A stretch of 32,000 nt of DNA from Prochlorococcus sp. MIT 0801. Its GTDB lineage: Bacteria > Cyanobacteriota > Cyanobacteriia > PCC-6307 > Cyanobiaceae. Shown one piece after another: positions 1-10,493 of the stretch (within the stretch, counting starts at the first letter, position 1; each line of letters starts with the position of its first letter). The notes under the pieces are model-generated. The model made no database searches and had not been told where the DNA came from. It worked only from the letters and a program-made list of their open reading frames with translations. The translations under genes were made by a program, and so were the position numbers. The stretch is from NCBI RefSeq assembly GCF_000757865.1, contig NZ_CP007754.1:1770001-1802000 (forward strand), written 5' to 3'.

Positions 1-484
1 AAATATCTTCTTCCGCTTTGCTCCCCAAAATAATCAATCCAGTCGCATCACCACCATCGTCAAGAATCATATTTGCATATTCACCATCTCTCCACTCAAA
101 AATTTTATGAGTATATTCCCAGTATTCATCCAAAGTTTCACCCTTCTTAGCAAATACTGGGACTCCTAAATTTGCAATAGCTGCAGCAGCATGATCTTGC
201 GTGGAAAAAATATTACATGAAGCCCATCTCACTTTTGCACCAAGTTCTACAAGAGTCTCAATAAGAACTCCTGTTTGAATAGTCATGTGGAGACTACCTG
301 CTATGAAAGCCCCTTTTAATGGTTTTTGGGCTCCATATTTTTTTCTCAATGCCATTAAACCTGGCATTTCTGTTTCGGCGATCAAAAGTTCTTTTCTACC
401 GAATTCTGCTTCGGTTATGTCTTTAACTACATAATCAGTATTCTTCTCAATACTGTTGAGATTTGACTTGGTTGCTGCGAACAT
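1..484 (-). CDS. ahcY: S-adenosyl-L-homocysteine hydrolase, N-terminal part (gene runs off the left edge)
   Basis: Absent from the ORF track because it is truncated. My reverse-complement translation from the ATG (complement of 482-484) reads [124 protein letters not shown]... and stays open to position 1. EMPGLM, SLHMTxQT and [18 protein letters not shown] are hallmark SAHH motifs. Confidence 0.85.
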   Translation of the reverse strand, partial: MFAATKSNLNSIEKNTDYVVKDITEAEFGRKELLIAETEMPGLMALRKKYGAQKPLKGAFIAGSLHMTIQTGVLIETLVELGAKVRWASCNIFSTQDHAAAAIANLGVPVFAKKGETLDEYWEYTHKIFEWRDGEYANMILDDGGDATGLIILGSKAEEDI

Positions 485-487
485 AAG

Positions 488-1033
488 TTGAACTCTCTAT
501 GGGAGATTGTGGAAAAAGATACTGAAAAACAATTCAATGATTTTAATTCATTTGCTCAGCAAACAAATAATTTCTGCTGGACTTTGGATAAACCTGAATC
601 AACGATGTTATTAGGTTCAACATTAACAAAAAAAATTCCAGATCTAAGGATTCTCCTTTTAATTGGGCCTCTTGGAGCAGGAAAGACCACATTAGTTAAA
701 GGAATTGCCAAAAGCCTAAAGATACAGGAGCCTATCACTTCTCCAACTTTTCCTTTATCCCAGCATTATCCTTTTGGATCTCCTCCATTGGTACATCTTG
801 ATCTGTACAGAATTGAAGAAGAAAATGCGGCAAACGAATTTTTTTTACAAGAGGAAGAGGAATCCAAAGCCATTGGTGCATTGATGGTTGTTGAATGGCC
901 AGAGAGGTTATCACTGCCAATGCCTGATGCTTGGATAGGAAAATTAGAATATTCCTCAGAAAATCAATCCCGTTTTTTTCAGCTAATTCCTCCTTTAGAT
1001 AAAGACAATAAATTATCAATTTCATCGAGATAA
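488..1033 (+). CDS. tsaE: tRNA threonylcarbamoyladenosine (t6A) biosynthesis ATPase TsaE/YjeE
   Basis: ORF track. Walker [10 protein letters not shown] is followed by SPTF and LVHLDLYR, as in TsaE. The start is uncertain. TTG 488 lies only 3 nt from the divergent ahcY ATG, and in-frame alternatives are GTG 509, TTG 584 and ATG 605. Residues before M40 ([14 protein letters not shown]) still resemble the TsaE N-terminus, so 509 or 584 are plausible starts. Confidence 0.75.
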   Translation: MNSLWEIVEKDTEKQFNDFNSFAQQTNNFCWTLDKPESTMLLGSTLTKKIPDLRILLLIGPLGAGKTTLVKGIAKSLKIQEPITSPTFPLSQHYPFGSPPLVHLDLYRIEEENAANEFFLQEEEESKAIGALMVVEWPERLSLPMPDAWIGKLEYSSENQSRFFQLIPPLDKDNKLSISSR

Positions 1034-1995
1034 GGTTGTGGTTCTATCGCTCCTACTCCCTTGCAAACATGAGAACCGCATGCAATTCCAAATTGAATAA
1101 TATCTTGAGCAATTTGTTGACTGATTTGATCTAATTCAACAGAGATGAGTTTATAAATTAATCCTGCAGTGAATGCATCACCAGCTCCAGTCGTATCAAC
1201 CACAGACGAGGGGATAATCGCAAATGATTTACCAAGGTGATTATTGAGCCGCCATAAAATGGGATTCGATCCATCGGTAACTACAACAGATGGACTTTGT
1301 GGAAGAGAAGAAGAGATTTCAGTTGGATCAGAGGTATTAAAAAACCATTGAGCCTCCTCTTTTGCGAGTTTTATTAATGAAACGTTTTTTAAAATTGACA
1401 ATATTTGATTTTTTTCTTTTAGAGAGGGCTCTAAGACGGTTGAAACTTCTTTTCGCCAAAAGGTTGGGCGCCAATTGAGATCAACTGCAATCTTTATTTC
1501 TGAATGCAAAGCATTTTCAATACACCACAAAAAAGCTTTAGATGATATTTCTGAAGCCAAAGGAATTGTTCCCGTAACTAACCATTTCGCATTTTCGGCA
1601 AGAAGTGGCCAATCTCGAATAATTTGTTCACAGAATATGGCTTGATCGGCAAAACCCAAGCCTTTTTCTCCCACAAATTTTTCAAAAAATCTTTCTCCAT
1701 CAGAGTCTCTGCGAACCAATACAACTCTTGTAGGACGAAGACTATCCTCCTGTAATCCAGAGGTATTCATTCCTCTCTGAATTAATAGATTCTTAAAATT
1801 TTCTCCAAAAGCATCATTTCCTAAAGAGCCAATAAAAGAAACATTTGCTCCTAGTCGACTTAAAGCACAAGCGACATTAGCTGGAGCACCACCAAAACAA
1901 TCTGTTATTGGCAAATCCAAAGATGGGTCTCCACCAGGAGGGCCAAGTCGATCTATTAAAGCTTCTCCAAACGCAATTACGCTTCCAGAATGCAT
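979..1995 (-). CDS. PfkB-family carbohydrate kinase (fructokinase/ribokinase-like)
   Basis: ORF track, 338 aa. The N-terminal GGAPANVA motif and the C-terminal DTTGAGDAFTAG motif are the two PfkB signatures. The substrate cannot be decided from the sequence alone. Confidence 0.8.
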   Translation of the reverse strand: MHSGSVIAFGEALIDRLGPPGGDPSLDLPITDCFGGAPANVACALSRLGANVSFIGSLGNDAFGENFKNLLIQRGMNTSGLQEDSLRPTRVVLVRRDSDGERFFEKFVGEKGLGFADQAIFCEQIIRDWPLLAENAKWLVTGTIPLASEISSKAFLWCIENALHSEIKIAVDLNWRPTFWRKEVSTVLEPSLKEKNQILSILKNVSLIKLAKEEAQWFFNTSDPTEISSSLPQSPSVVVTDGSNPILWRLNNHLGKSFAIIPSSVVDTTGAGDAFTAGLIYKLISVELDQISQQIAQDIIQFGIACGSHVCKGVGAIEPQPYLDEIDNLLSLSKGGIS

Positions 1996-2031
1996 GTCTA
2001 ATTAAATATCAATAACGTTATTATTAGTGAT

Positions 2032-3189
2032 TTAAAGTTTTTTATTTCTAATACAAAGATGTTTATGTAATTCAGAAATAATTTTAGTATTAGCAGCAGG
2101 AAAAGGAAAATCAAAAAGTTTGTCTGGAGACACCCAAAGTAATTTTTGACTAGCTAAAGGTTTCGGCTGACCTGATAACCATTCACAAATATGAACAATA
2201 AAATAAAGCTTCTTGTGGCTATAAGCGTGTTCAAAAGATAAAAGCTTTTCTCCAACTGTGACAATAATCCCAAGCTCCTCTTTTAATTCTCGCTCAATCG
2301 TTTTCTCAATCGATTCGTTGGGCATTTTTTTTCCTCCTGGAAATTCCCACATTCCGCCCATACTTGAGCCTTCTAATCGTTGATCTATAAGCAATTCTCC
2401 TTTTTTATTAAAAACAAGACCAATACCAATTTCTTGAATAGGCTTTATTTTGGTCATTTTTTTTTTAGGAAAATCATCAGGATCGTACTTTGTATAAGCA
2501 ACACAAAAGTTTTGCAGTGGGCAAGAAGAACAACTTGGTTTTTTGGGAGTACAAATAATTGCTCCTAAGTCCATCAATGCCTGATTCAAATCCCTTGGAC
2601 TTTGCGTTGAAATTAATAAAGAGCTAAATTCCCAGAACTTTTTATCATCTTTAATAGATTTGCTCTCATTGGCTGACAGTCTAGAAAAAATTCTTTTTAC
2701 ATTGCCATCCAATATTGGGGTTGGCAGGTCAAAGGCAGATGAGATAATGCTACCTGCAGTACTTCTACCAATTCCAGGAAGAGACATCCACTGATCTATT
2801 CGATTAGGCCAAGAATGTGGATCTTGTTCTATATTTTTGCCCAACAATTCAACTAATATTTTAGAGGATTGATTTATTCGATTTGCACGTGAATAATATC
2901 CCAGACCTTGCCATATCATAAGAACACTCTCTAAATCAGCCTCTGCTAAAGAAGTCAAAGTAGGAAAAGCCTTCATCCATTTTTCCCAATAAGGAATAAC
3001 GACCTTCAACTGAGTCTGCTGAAGCATGACCTCTGCAATCCAAATTCCATAAGGAGATATACTTTCACCCAATTGAGGAATAGAACCATCTTTTTTTAAT
3101 TTCCAGGGTATCCAGTATCTACCATGTCTCCTAAACCATTCCAGAAGTGAATATTGAATCTCTTGAGGAGAATCAAAAATGCCCATCAA
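2032..3189 (-). CDS. mutY: A/G-specific adenine DNA glycosylase MutY with a Nudix-box-containing C-terminal domain
   Basis: ORF track, 385 aa. It has an HhH-GPD core (AEVMLQQTQ, LPGIGRSTAGSI, LDGNVKRIF) and a 4Fe-4S loop CTPKKPSCSSCPLQNFC (C-x6-C-x2-C-x5-C). The C-terminal MutT-like domain reads WEFPGGKKMPNESIEKTIERELKEELGI. Confidence 0.88.
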   Translation of the reverse strand: MMGIFDSPQEIQYSLLEWFRRHGRYWIPWKLKKDGSIPQLGESISPYGIWIAEVMLQQTQLKVVIPYWEKWMKAFPTLTSLAEADLESVLMIWQGLGYYSRANRINQSSKILVELLGKNIEQDPHSWPNRIDQWMSLPGIGRSTAGSIISSAFDLPTPILDGNVKRIFSRLSANESKSIKDDKKFWEFSSLLISTQSPRDLNQALMDLGAIICTPKKPSCSSCPLQNFCVAYTKYDPDDFPKKKMTKIKPIQEIGIGLVFNKKGELLIDQRLEGSSMGGMWEFPGGKKMPNESIEKTIERELKEELGIIVTVGEKLLSFEHAYSHKKLYFIVHICEWLSGQPKPLASQKLLWVSPDKLFDFPFPAANTKIISELHKHLCIRNKKL

Positions 3190-3312
3190 AATAAATCAAA
3201 ATTGAAAAAATATTTTTTAACACTATCATTATTTTGATAATTTTTATCAACTCAAATTAATACTTTCTGAACATCTAATCTATAGGATAATATGAATAAA
3301 AAAGCCATTCAC

Positions 3313-3338
3313 TTTACTAAAGATATATCTTTAGTAAA
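3313..3338. repeat. 26-bp perfect palindrome TTTACTAAAGATA|TATCTTTAGTAAA in the mutY / hydrolase divergent intergenic region
   Basis: I checked it base by base: all 13 pairs (3313/3338 through 3325/3326) are complementary, and 3312/3339 are not. It ends 26 nt upstream of the hydrolase ATG (3365) and starts 124 nt from the mutY start codon at 3189. Confidence 0.9.
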
Positions 3339-3364
3339 AATAATTTATATTCTTCTCTAAAAAT

Positions 3365-4264
3365 ATGAAGCAATTCTGGAATTGGAAAAATTATCAAATT
3401 GCATGGCAAGTAGAAGATAAAGATAAGAATTCTAAAATCGCAATAGTATTAATTCATGGTTTTGGAGCATGTAAAGATCATTGGAGATTTAATCAAAAAA
3501 ACATCAGCTCAATTGCACCATGCTATGCATTAGATTTAATAGGTTTTGGAGACAGTAGTCAGCCAAATTCACAGATTTCATATGAAAAGAAAACCTCTCA
3601 AAATTTCAATTATTGTTTTGATAATTGGAGTCAGCTAGTTTATGATTTCTGCAACGAAATAGTTAAAAAACCTGTCTTACTAATAGGAAATTCAATTGGG
3701 GGAGTTATTGCATTAAATACATCGAAAAAATTATCTCGAAAATGCTTAGGGGTAATATTAATTGATTGTGCTCAAAGGACAATGGATGATAAGCGCTTAG
3801 CTGAGCAATCATTATTAATGAGATTTTTTAGACCAGTGATTAAAACTTTTGTAAGACAAAGACTTTTAAGTTCCAACATTTTTAAAAATGCAGCAAATCC
3901 AACTTTTATTGAAAAAATTTTAAAAGTAGCTTATCCAAGTGGAAATAATGTTGATGAAGAGTTAATAGATTTACTTTTTCAACCAACCCAAAGAAAAGGA
4001 GCTCCTGAGGCTTTTCGAGGATTTATCAACTTATTTGATGATTATCTCGCTCCAGATTTACTAAAGAAATTGGATAATCCAGTACATTTAATCTGGGGTG
4101 AAAAAGATCCTTGGGAACCTGTTAAAGAAGCTCAAAAATGGTTTGAAACTTTTGAATGTATAAAAAGTTTAGATGTTATTCCTGAAGCGGGGCATTGTCC
4201 TCATGATGAGAAGCCAGAAAAAGTTAACCCTATTCTTACAAGAATAATTCAGGACGCCATATAA
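3365..4264 (+). CDS. alpha/beta-fold hydrolase
   Basis: ORF track, 299 aa. It has the HGFGA oxyanion-region motif, the nucleophile elbow GNSIGG (G-x-S-x-G) and a C-terminal GHCPHDEKP catalytic His context. The substrate is unknown. Confidence 0.75.
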   Translation: MKQFWNWKNYQIAWQVEDKDKNSKIAIVLIHGFGACKDHWRFNQKNISSIAPCYALDLIGFGDSSQPNSQISYEKKTSQNFNYCFDNWSQLVYDFCNEIVKKPVLLIGNSIGGVIALNTSKKLSRKCLGVILIDCAQRTMDDKRLAEQSLLMRFFRPVIKTFVRQRLLSSNIFKNAANPTFIEKILKVAYPSGNNVDEELIDLLFQPTQRKGAPEAFRGFINLFDDYLAPDLLKKLDNPVHLIWGEKDPWEPVKEAQKWFETFECIKSLDVIPEAGHCPHDEKPEKVNPILTRIIQDAI

Positions 4265-5256
4265 GCTTCAACTGATTCTCCAGTTTTTCGTAAGCCTCTC
4301 AAACCGTCTCTTTCTAAATTTCTGACTCTATCTCTACTAATACCCAAGACTCGACCAATACCTGTGAGACTCATTGGATCATCACCATCTATACCATATC
4401 TCATTCTTAAAACACGGTTTTGCAATTCCGGTAGTTGTTCAAGAAGTGTTTCCAAGTCACCTTTCATGCAGTCACTTTCTATTTGTTCGGAGGGCATATC
4501 AATTTCGTTAGACAATAAGTCCAATAAAATAGTGTCTTCACCATCGCCAATTTTGGTTTCCAAGCTAACCGGCTGACCAGCTCTACTCATTAAATCTTTA
4601 ACGTCACTTTCCGGTAACTCAACGTATTCAGATAATTCTTTCAAGGTTGGAGTTCTTGAAAGTTCTTGACTTAATTCACGTTGACCTTTTTTCAACTTGT
4701 TTAGCATTTCAGTTATATGAATAGGGAGTCTTATGGATCTACTCTTTTCAGCAATTGCACGTGTGATGCCTTGACGTATCCACCAGTAGGCATAGGTAGA
4801 AAACTTGTATCCACGAGTGGGATCAAATTTCTCAACTCCCCGAACCAAACCAATAGTTCCTTCTTGAATTAAATCAAGTAATTCCATATTTCTTTTTGTA
4901 TATTTCTTAGCAACACTTACTACCAAACGAAGATTGGCTGCAACCATTCTCTCTTTTGCTCTTCTCCCACTCTTCAACTTCTTTTTTAATTGAATTGGAG
5001 AAATTCCTGCCTTATCAGCGAAAAAGTTGATATCTGGCTTTTCCCCCAAATCACTCTCAAGTTCGGTCTCAAGATTTTCAAGTACAACAAGATCTTGAAC
5101 TTGTCTTCCTAATGTGATTTCCTGCTCGTGTGACAACAAAGGAACTCTTCCAATATCTCTTAAGTAAGAACGAACTAAGTCAATGTCCGATAAGGATCTT
5201 GCGGAAGCAGCGGAAGATGAATTCTTAGTCTTAGTAACCTCTACTGCCGTTGTCAT
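4249..5256 (-). CDS. RNA polymerase sigma-70 family factor, group 2 (RpoD-like)
   Basis: ORF track, 335 aa. Motifs are DLVRSYLRDIGRVPLLSHEQE (region 1.2/2.1), FSTYAYWWIRQGITRAI (region 2.3/2.4), and MSLTGIGRVLGISRDRVRNLERDGLRGLR (region 4.2 HTH). Confidence 0.9.
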   Translation of the reverse strand: MTTAVEVTKTKNSSSAASARSLSDIDLVRSYLRDIGRVPLLSHEQEITLGRQVQDLVVLENLETELESDLGEKPDINFFADKAGISPIQLKKKLKSGRRAKERMVAANLRLVVSVAKKYTKRNMELLDLIQEGTIGLVRGVEKFDPTRGYKFSTYAYWWIRQGITRAIAEKSRSIRLPIHITEMLNKLKKGQRELSQELSRTPTLKELSEYVELPESDVKDLMSRAGQPVSLETKIGDGEDTILLDLLSNEIDMPSEQIESDCMKGDLETLLEQLPELQNRVLRMRYGIDGDDPMSLTGIGRVLGISRDRVRNLERDGLRGLRKTGESVEAYMAS

Positions 5257-5356
5257 AGGTTTGTTGAGTTTTGTAAAGCTTACTACTAAGAATTGTAAAG
5301 ATCAAATAAGAATAGCTCGGCTTCCCACACTTTGAGTAAAAACACTCATTCAGCTT

Positions 5357-6766
5357 CTACCCCAATCTCCCTAAGAGCCAAGAAGCTGTTTTCAAATAAA
5401 TAAGAACTCCTGCAACATCTGTGGCAGTAGTAATAAATGGTGCAGACATTAAAGCGGGGTCTAAGCCCATACGATCAAAAAGCAAAGGTAATGATGCCCC
5501 TGCAGTGGCAGCAAGAGTTGTAATAGCAATCAAGCTTATTCCTACAGCAGTTGCGACCAAAGGTCCCTGTCCTTGCCACCAAGCAAAAGGTACAACAAAA
5601 ACAGCCATCAAAACTCCCAACAAGGCTCCTGCCAAAGTTTCTTTTGCAATAGCCCTAAACAGACCAAGTCGTTGTATTCGTTGAGTACTCAAACCGCGTA
5701 TAACAACCGTTGAGCTTTGAGCCCCAACATTCCCTCCTGCGCCAATCAATAAAGGAATGAAAGCAGTCAATAAAACCACTTGCTTTAAAACCTCGTCATT
5801 CATAGCAATCACTTGAGTTGTTAATCCATTTGCTAATACCAAAACGGCAAGCCAGACAATACGTCTTCTGGCTACAACGAATAAATTGCTTTGGAAGTAA
5901 TCATCTTCATCTCCAGCTTGAACCGCTCCAGCTGCATAAATATCCCTAGTAGCTTCTTGCTCAATGACATCAATCACATCATCAACAGTGACAATGCCCA
6001 CTAGTCTTTTCTCAAGATCAACAACCGGTAAAGCTAAAAAATCATATCTTTGAATTGCTCTTGCAACCTCTTCTTGATCAGTATCGGTTCTGACATTGAC
6101 AACCTCTCTGGTCATCACTTCTCCAATAAGTGATTCAGGATCGGCAACTACTAAATCCCTTAAAGATAAAATTCCAGTCAAATGCCTCTCTTTATCAGTC
6201 ACATAAAGGCTGTAAATGGTTTCTGAAAAAGTAGCTCTTTGTCTGACTAGTTTTAAAGCTTGTGAAACACTAAGAAATTCTTTGAGATCTATAAATTCTG
6301 TTGTCATTAATCTGCCAGCCGTTTCAGACTCATATCCCAACAGCTGAGCAGTTACTCTTCTTTCTTCGGGACTAAGCTCTGCAAGTAAACGCCTTACAAC
6401 TTTTGCAGGTAACTCATCAAATAATCGGACACGATCATCGGGTGACATTTCTTCAACCAAATCAAGTACTTCGTTTGATCTCAAACGATCTAAAAGATTT
6501 TGTTGTACCAAAGGATCTAAGTATTCGTAAACCTCGATTGCTTCGTTTTTATTCAAAAGCCTAAAAGCCAAGGCTTGTAAAATCATCGGCAAAGTTCCAA
6601 TAGCCTGAGCTATATCGACAGGCTGCACAGGGCTCAGAAGTAATTTGACGCCGTCGTAATTTCCCGCTGAAAGCATTGCCTCTAATTGCTGAGCAACTGC
6701 ATCAGCGACCAAACTGCAATTAGCCAAAGCTTGAGTCTCACGAGATACACCTATTTCTTCGTTCAT
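5357..6766 (-). CDS. mgtE: magnesium transporter MgtE
   Basis: ORF track, 469 aa. It has the N-domain PDDRVRLFDELP, a CBS pair (ALPVVD...LVGIVTVDDVIDVI), and a C-terminal TM domain with GAGGNVGAQSS and TTATDVAGVLIYL. Confidence 0.9.
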   Translation of the reverse strand: MNEEIGVSRETQALANCSLVADAVAQQLEAMLSAGNYDGVKLLLSPVQPVDIAQAIGTLPMILQALAFRLLNKNEAIEVYEYLDPLVQQNLLDRLRSNEVLDLVEEMSPDDRVRLFDELPAKVVRRLLAELSPEERRVTAQLLGYESETAGRLMTTEFIDLKEFLSVSQALKLVRQRATFSETIYSLYVTDKERHLTGILSLRDLVVADPESLIGEVMTREVVNVRTDTDQEEVARAIQRYDFLALPVVDLEKRLVGIVTVDDVIDVIEQEATRDIYAAGAVQAGDEDDYFQSNLFVVARRRIVWLAVLVLANGLTTQVIAMNDEVLKQVVLLTAFIPLLIGAGGNVGAQSSTVVIRGLSTQRIQRLGLFRAIAKETLAGALLGVLMAVFVVPFAWWQGQGPLVATAVGISLIAITTLAATAGASLPLLFDRMGLDPALMSAPFITTATDVAGVLIYLKTASWLLGRLG

Positions 6767-6829
6767 ATTTGGAGCAGCAAGCGACTATTATTTTATGGCT
6801 AACTTCCTTTTTTTATTACTTCCATATCC

Positions 6830-7306
6830 ATGTCCGTAAATATCAGCAAAGTGGAGGTTTTCTCTTTTAACAATCAGAAAATAACTTTTGATCATTACAA
6901 AGGAAATGTTTTATTGATTGTCAATGTCGCAAGCAAGTGCGGATTTACTAAGCAATATAAAGCCCTTCAACATCTTCAGGATAAATATGAATCCAAAGGC
7001 TTCAAAGTTTTAGGCTTTCCTTGCAATGACTTTGGGAACCAAGAGCCTGGGCAATTGGAAGAAATAAAAGACTTCTGTTCAACAACTTATGGAGTAAATT
7101 TCCAACTTTTCCAAAAAGTTCATGCCAGAGGCAAAACAACAGAACCATTTACTACCTTGAATCAATTAAGTCCAGCAGGAGACGTTGAGTGGAACTTTGA
7201 AAAATTTCTCATTAATAGTAAGGGAGATGCGGTCGAACGATTTAAAAGTTCAATAGAACCCGACAGTCTTGAAATTACTCAAGCAATAGAAAAATTACTC
7301 GATTAA
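6830..7306 (+). CDS. glutathione peroxidase-family thiol peroxidase (Cys type)
   Basis: ORF track, 158 aa. Motifs are VNVASKCGFT (peroxidatic Cys), LGFPCNDFGNQEPG and WNFEKFL. Confidence 0.85.
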   Translation: MSVNISKVEVFSFNNQKITFDHYKGNVLLIVNVASKCGFTKQYKALQHLQDKYESKGFKVLGFPCNDFGNQEPGQLEEIKDFCSTTYGVNFQLFQKVHARGKTTEPFTTLNQLSPAGDVEWNFEKFLINSKGDAVERFKSSIEPDSLEITQAIEKLLD

Positions 7307-7635
7307 GCATTTAATTTCTTAGCAAAGATGTGTCCTAAACCAATAGCCAAAACTCCCAACAATACAATTGATATCGAGTCAAGTAAAAACAATTGATAAA
7401 GGCCTTGATTTAATAATTTATACAAATAAAAAGACCAGCCACTAAAGGTAGTCATAGAGCCACAAAGTCCAACACAGAGAGTTAATTTATATCTCTTTAA
7501 AATATCTAATGAATTAAAAAAACCTAATAAAAAGCAACCAATTAAATTGACTATAAAAATTTCATCAATTTGCCATCGAAATACAGCTCCTAGAATGGCT
7601 CCTACAGATACTAAAAAAAATGTATTATTTTTAAT
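7303..7635 (-). CDS. crcB: second CrcB/Fluc fluoride channel subunit; no canonical start codon (proposed ATT start)
   Basis: Absent from the ORF track. My translation of the minus strand after the TAG at 7648-7650 is RGKDIKNNTFFLVSVGAILGAVFRWQIDEIFIVNLIGCFLLGFFNSLDILKRYKLTLCVGLCGSMTTFSGWSFYLYKLLNQGLYQLFLLDSISIVLLGVLAIGLGHIFAKKLNA*. It has CrcB hallmarks (GAxxRW..., GxxGxxTTFS). There is no in-frame ATG, GTG or TTG before GSM. An ATT at 7633-7635 is preceded by GAGGGG. The 5' end is tentative. Confidence 0.6.
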   Translation of the reverse strand: MKNNTFFLVSVGAILGAVFRWQIDEIFIVNLIGCFLLGFFNSLDILKRYKLTLCVGLCGSMTTFSGWSFYLYKLLNQGLYQLFLLDSISIVLLGVLAIGLGHIFAKKLNA

Positions 7636-7647
7636 ATCTTTACCCCT

Positions 7648-8022
7648 CTATTGATTACCTAAGAAAAATCCAAATGCAACAGCAATGATTCCTATAGACG
7701 CAGAAATGATAAATAACTTTAAAGCTCTAAAAAATTCCAATTGCAAACATAAATCAAACAGATCATATATAAATGAAGAGAAAGTACTGAGGCTTCCAAA
7801 AAAACCAATTGAAAAGAATAAAACTAATTGGTGATAATAAGTAAAAGTTCTAAACTGCTCTAGAAGTGCAAGGAATAAACCAACACAAAATGAAGAAAAA
7901 GTATTTATTATTAGTATTAAATAATATTTACTGAAGTTTAATTTTACTAATTTATTATGAATTTTAAATCTAATATTAGCACCTAGAATTGCTCCAATAG
8001 AAACAAGAAAGATATCAGACAT
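7648..8022 (-). CDS. crcB: CrcB/Fluc fluoride channel subunit
   Basis: ORF track, 124 aa, four hydrophobic segments. Motifs are SIGAILGANIRF and GFFGSLSTFSSF (the CrcB G-x-x-T-F-S type motif). Confidence 0.8.
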   Translation of the reverse strand: MSDIFLVSIGAILGANIRFKIHNKLVKLNFSKYYLILIINTFSSFCVGLFLALLEQFRTFTYYHQLVLFFSIGFFGSLSTFSSFIYDLFDLCLQLEFFRALKLFIISASIGIIAVAFGFFLGNQ

Positions 8023-8025
8023 ATA

Positions 8026-10364
<2,339 letters not shown>

Positions 10365-10493
10365 TTAGCCGAAACCTTTCCCCAAGTTTCAATTTAACAT
10401 CGGTATCAAGGAAAGTCTTAGGAAAAATTTAAAACCAAATTAAACAATTTAATTTCATGCAATTACTGCTAATAAAACCCCTCAAAGGCAATC

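Noticed and set aside
5333-5348. Possible terminator hairpin downstream of mgtE (TGAGT-N6-ACTCA).
   Set aside because: It has only a 5-bp stem with two G-C pairs, and no U-tract follows it on the transcribed (minus) strand. That is too weak to call.
6767-6829. Looked for an M-box (Mg2+) riboswitch upstream of mgtE.
   Set aside because: Only 63 nt of AT-rich spacer is shared with the divergent peroxidase gene. That is far too short for an M-box, which I recall as well over 100 nt, and no conserved-looking helices are visible.
10437-10455. Inverted repeat AAATTAAA-CAA-TTTAATTT in the gyrB/miaA divergent spacer.
   Set aside because: It consists only of A and T in an extremely AT-rich spacer, with 8-bp arms, so its chance expectation is high. 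Similar ones include TTTTAAAA and TTAATTAA at 20164-20190. It is not distinguishable from background without comparative data.
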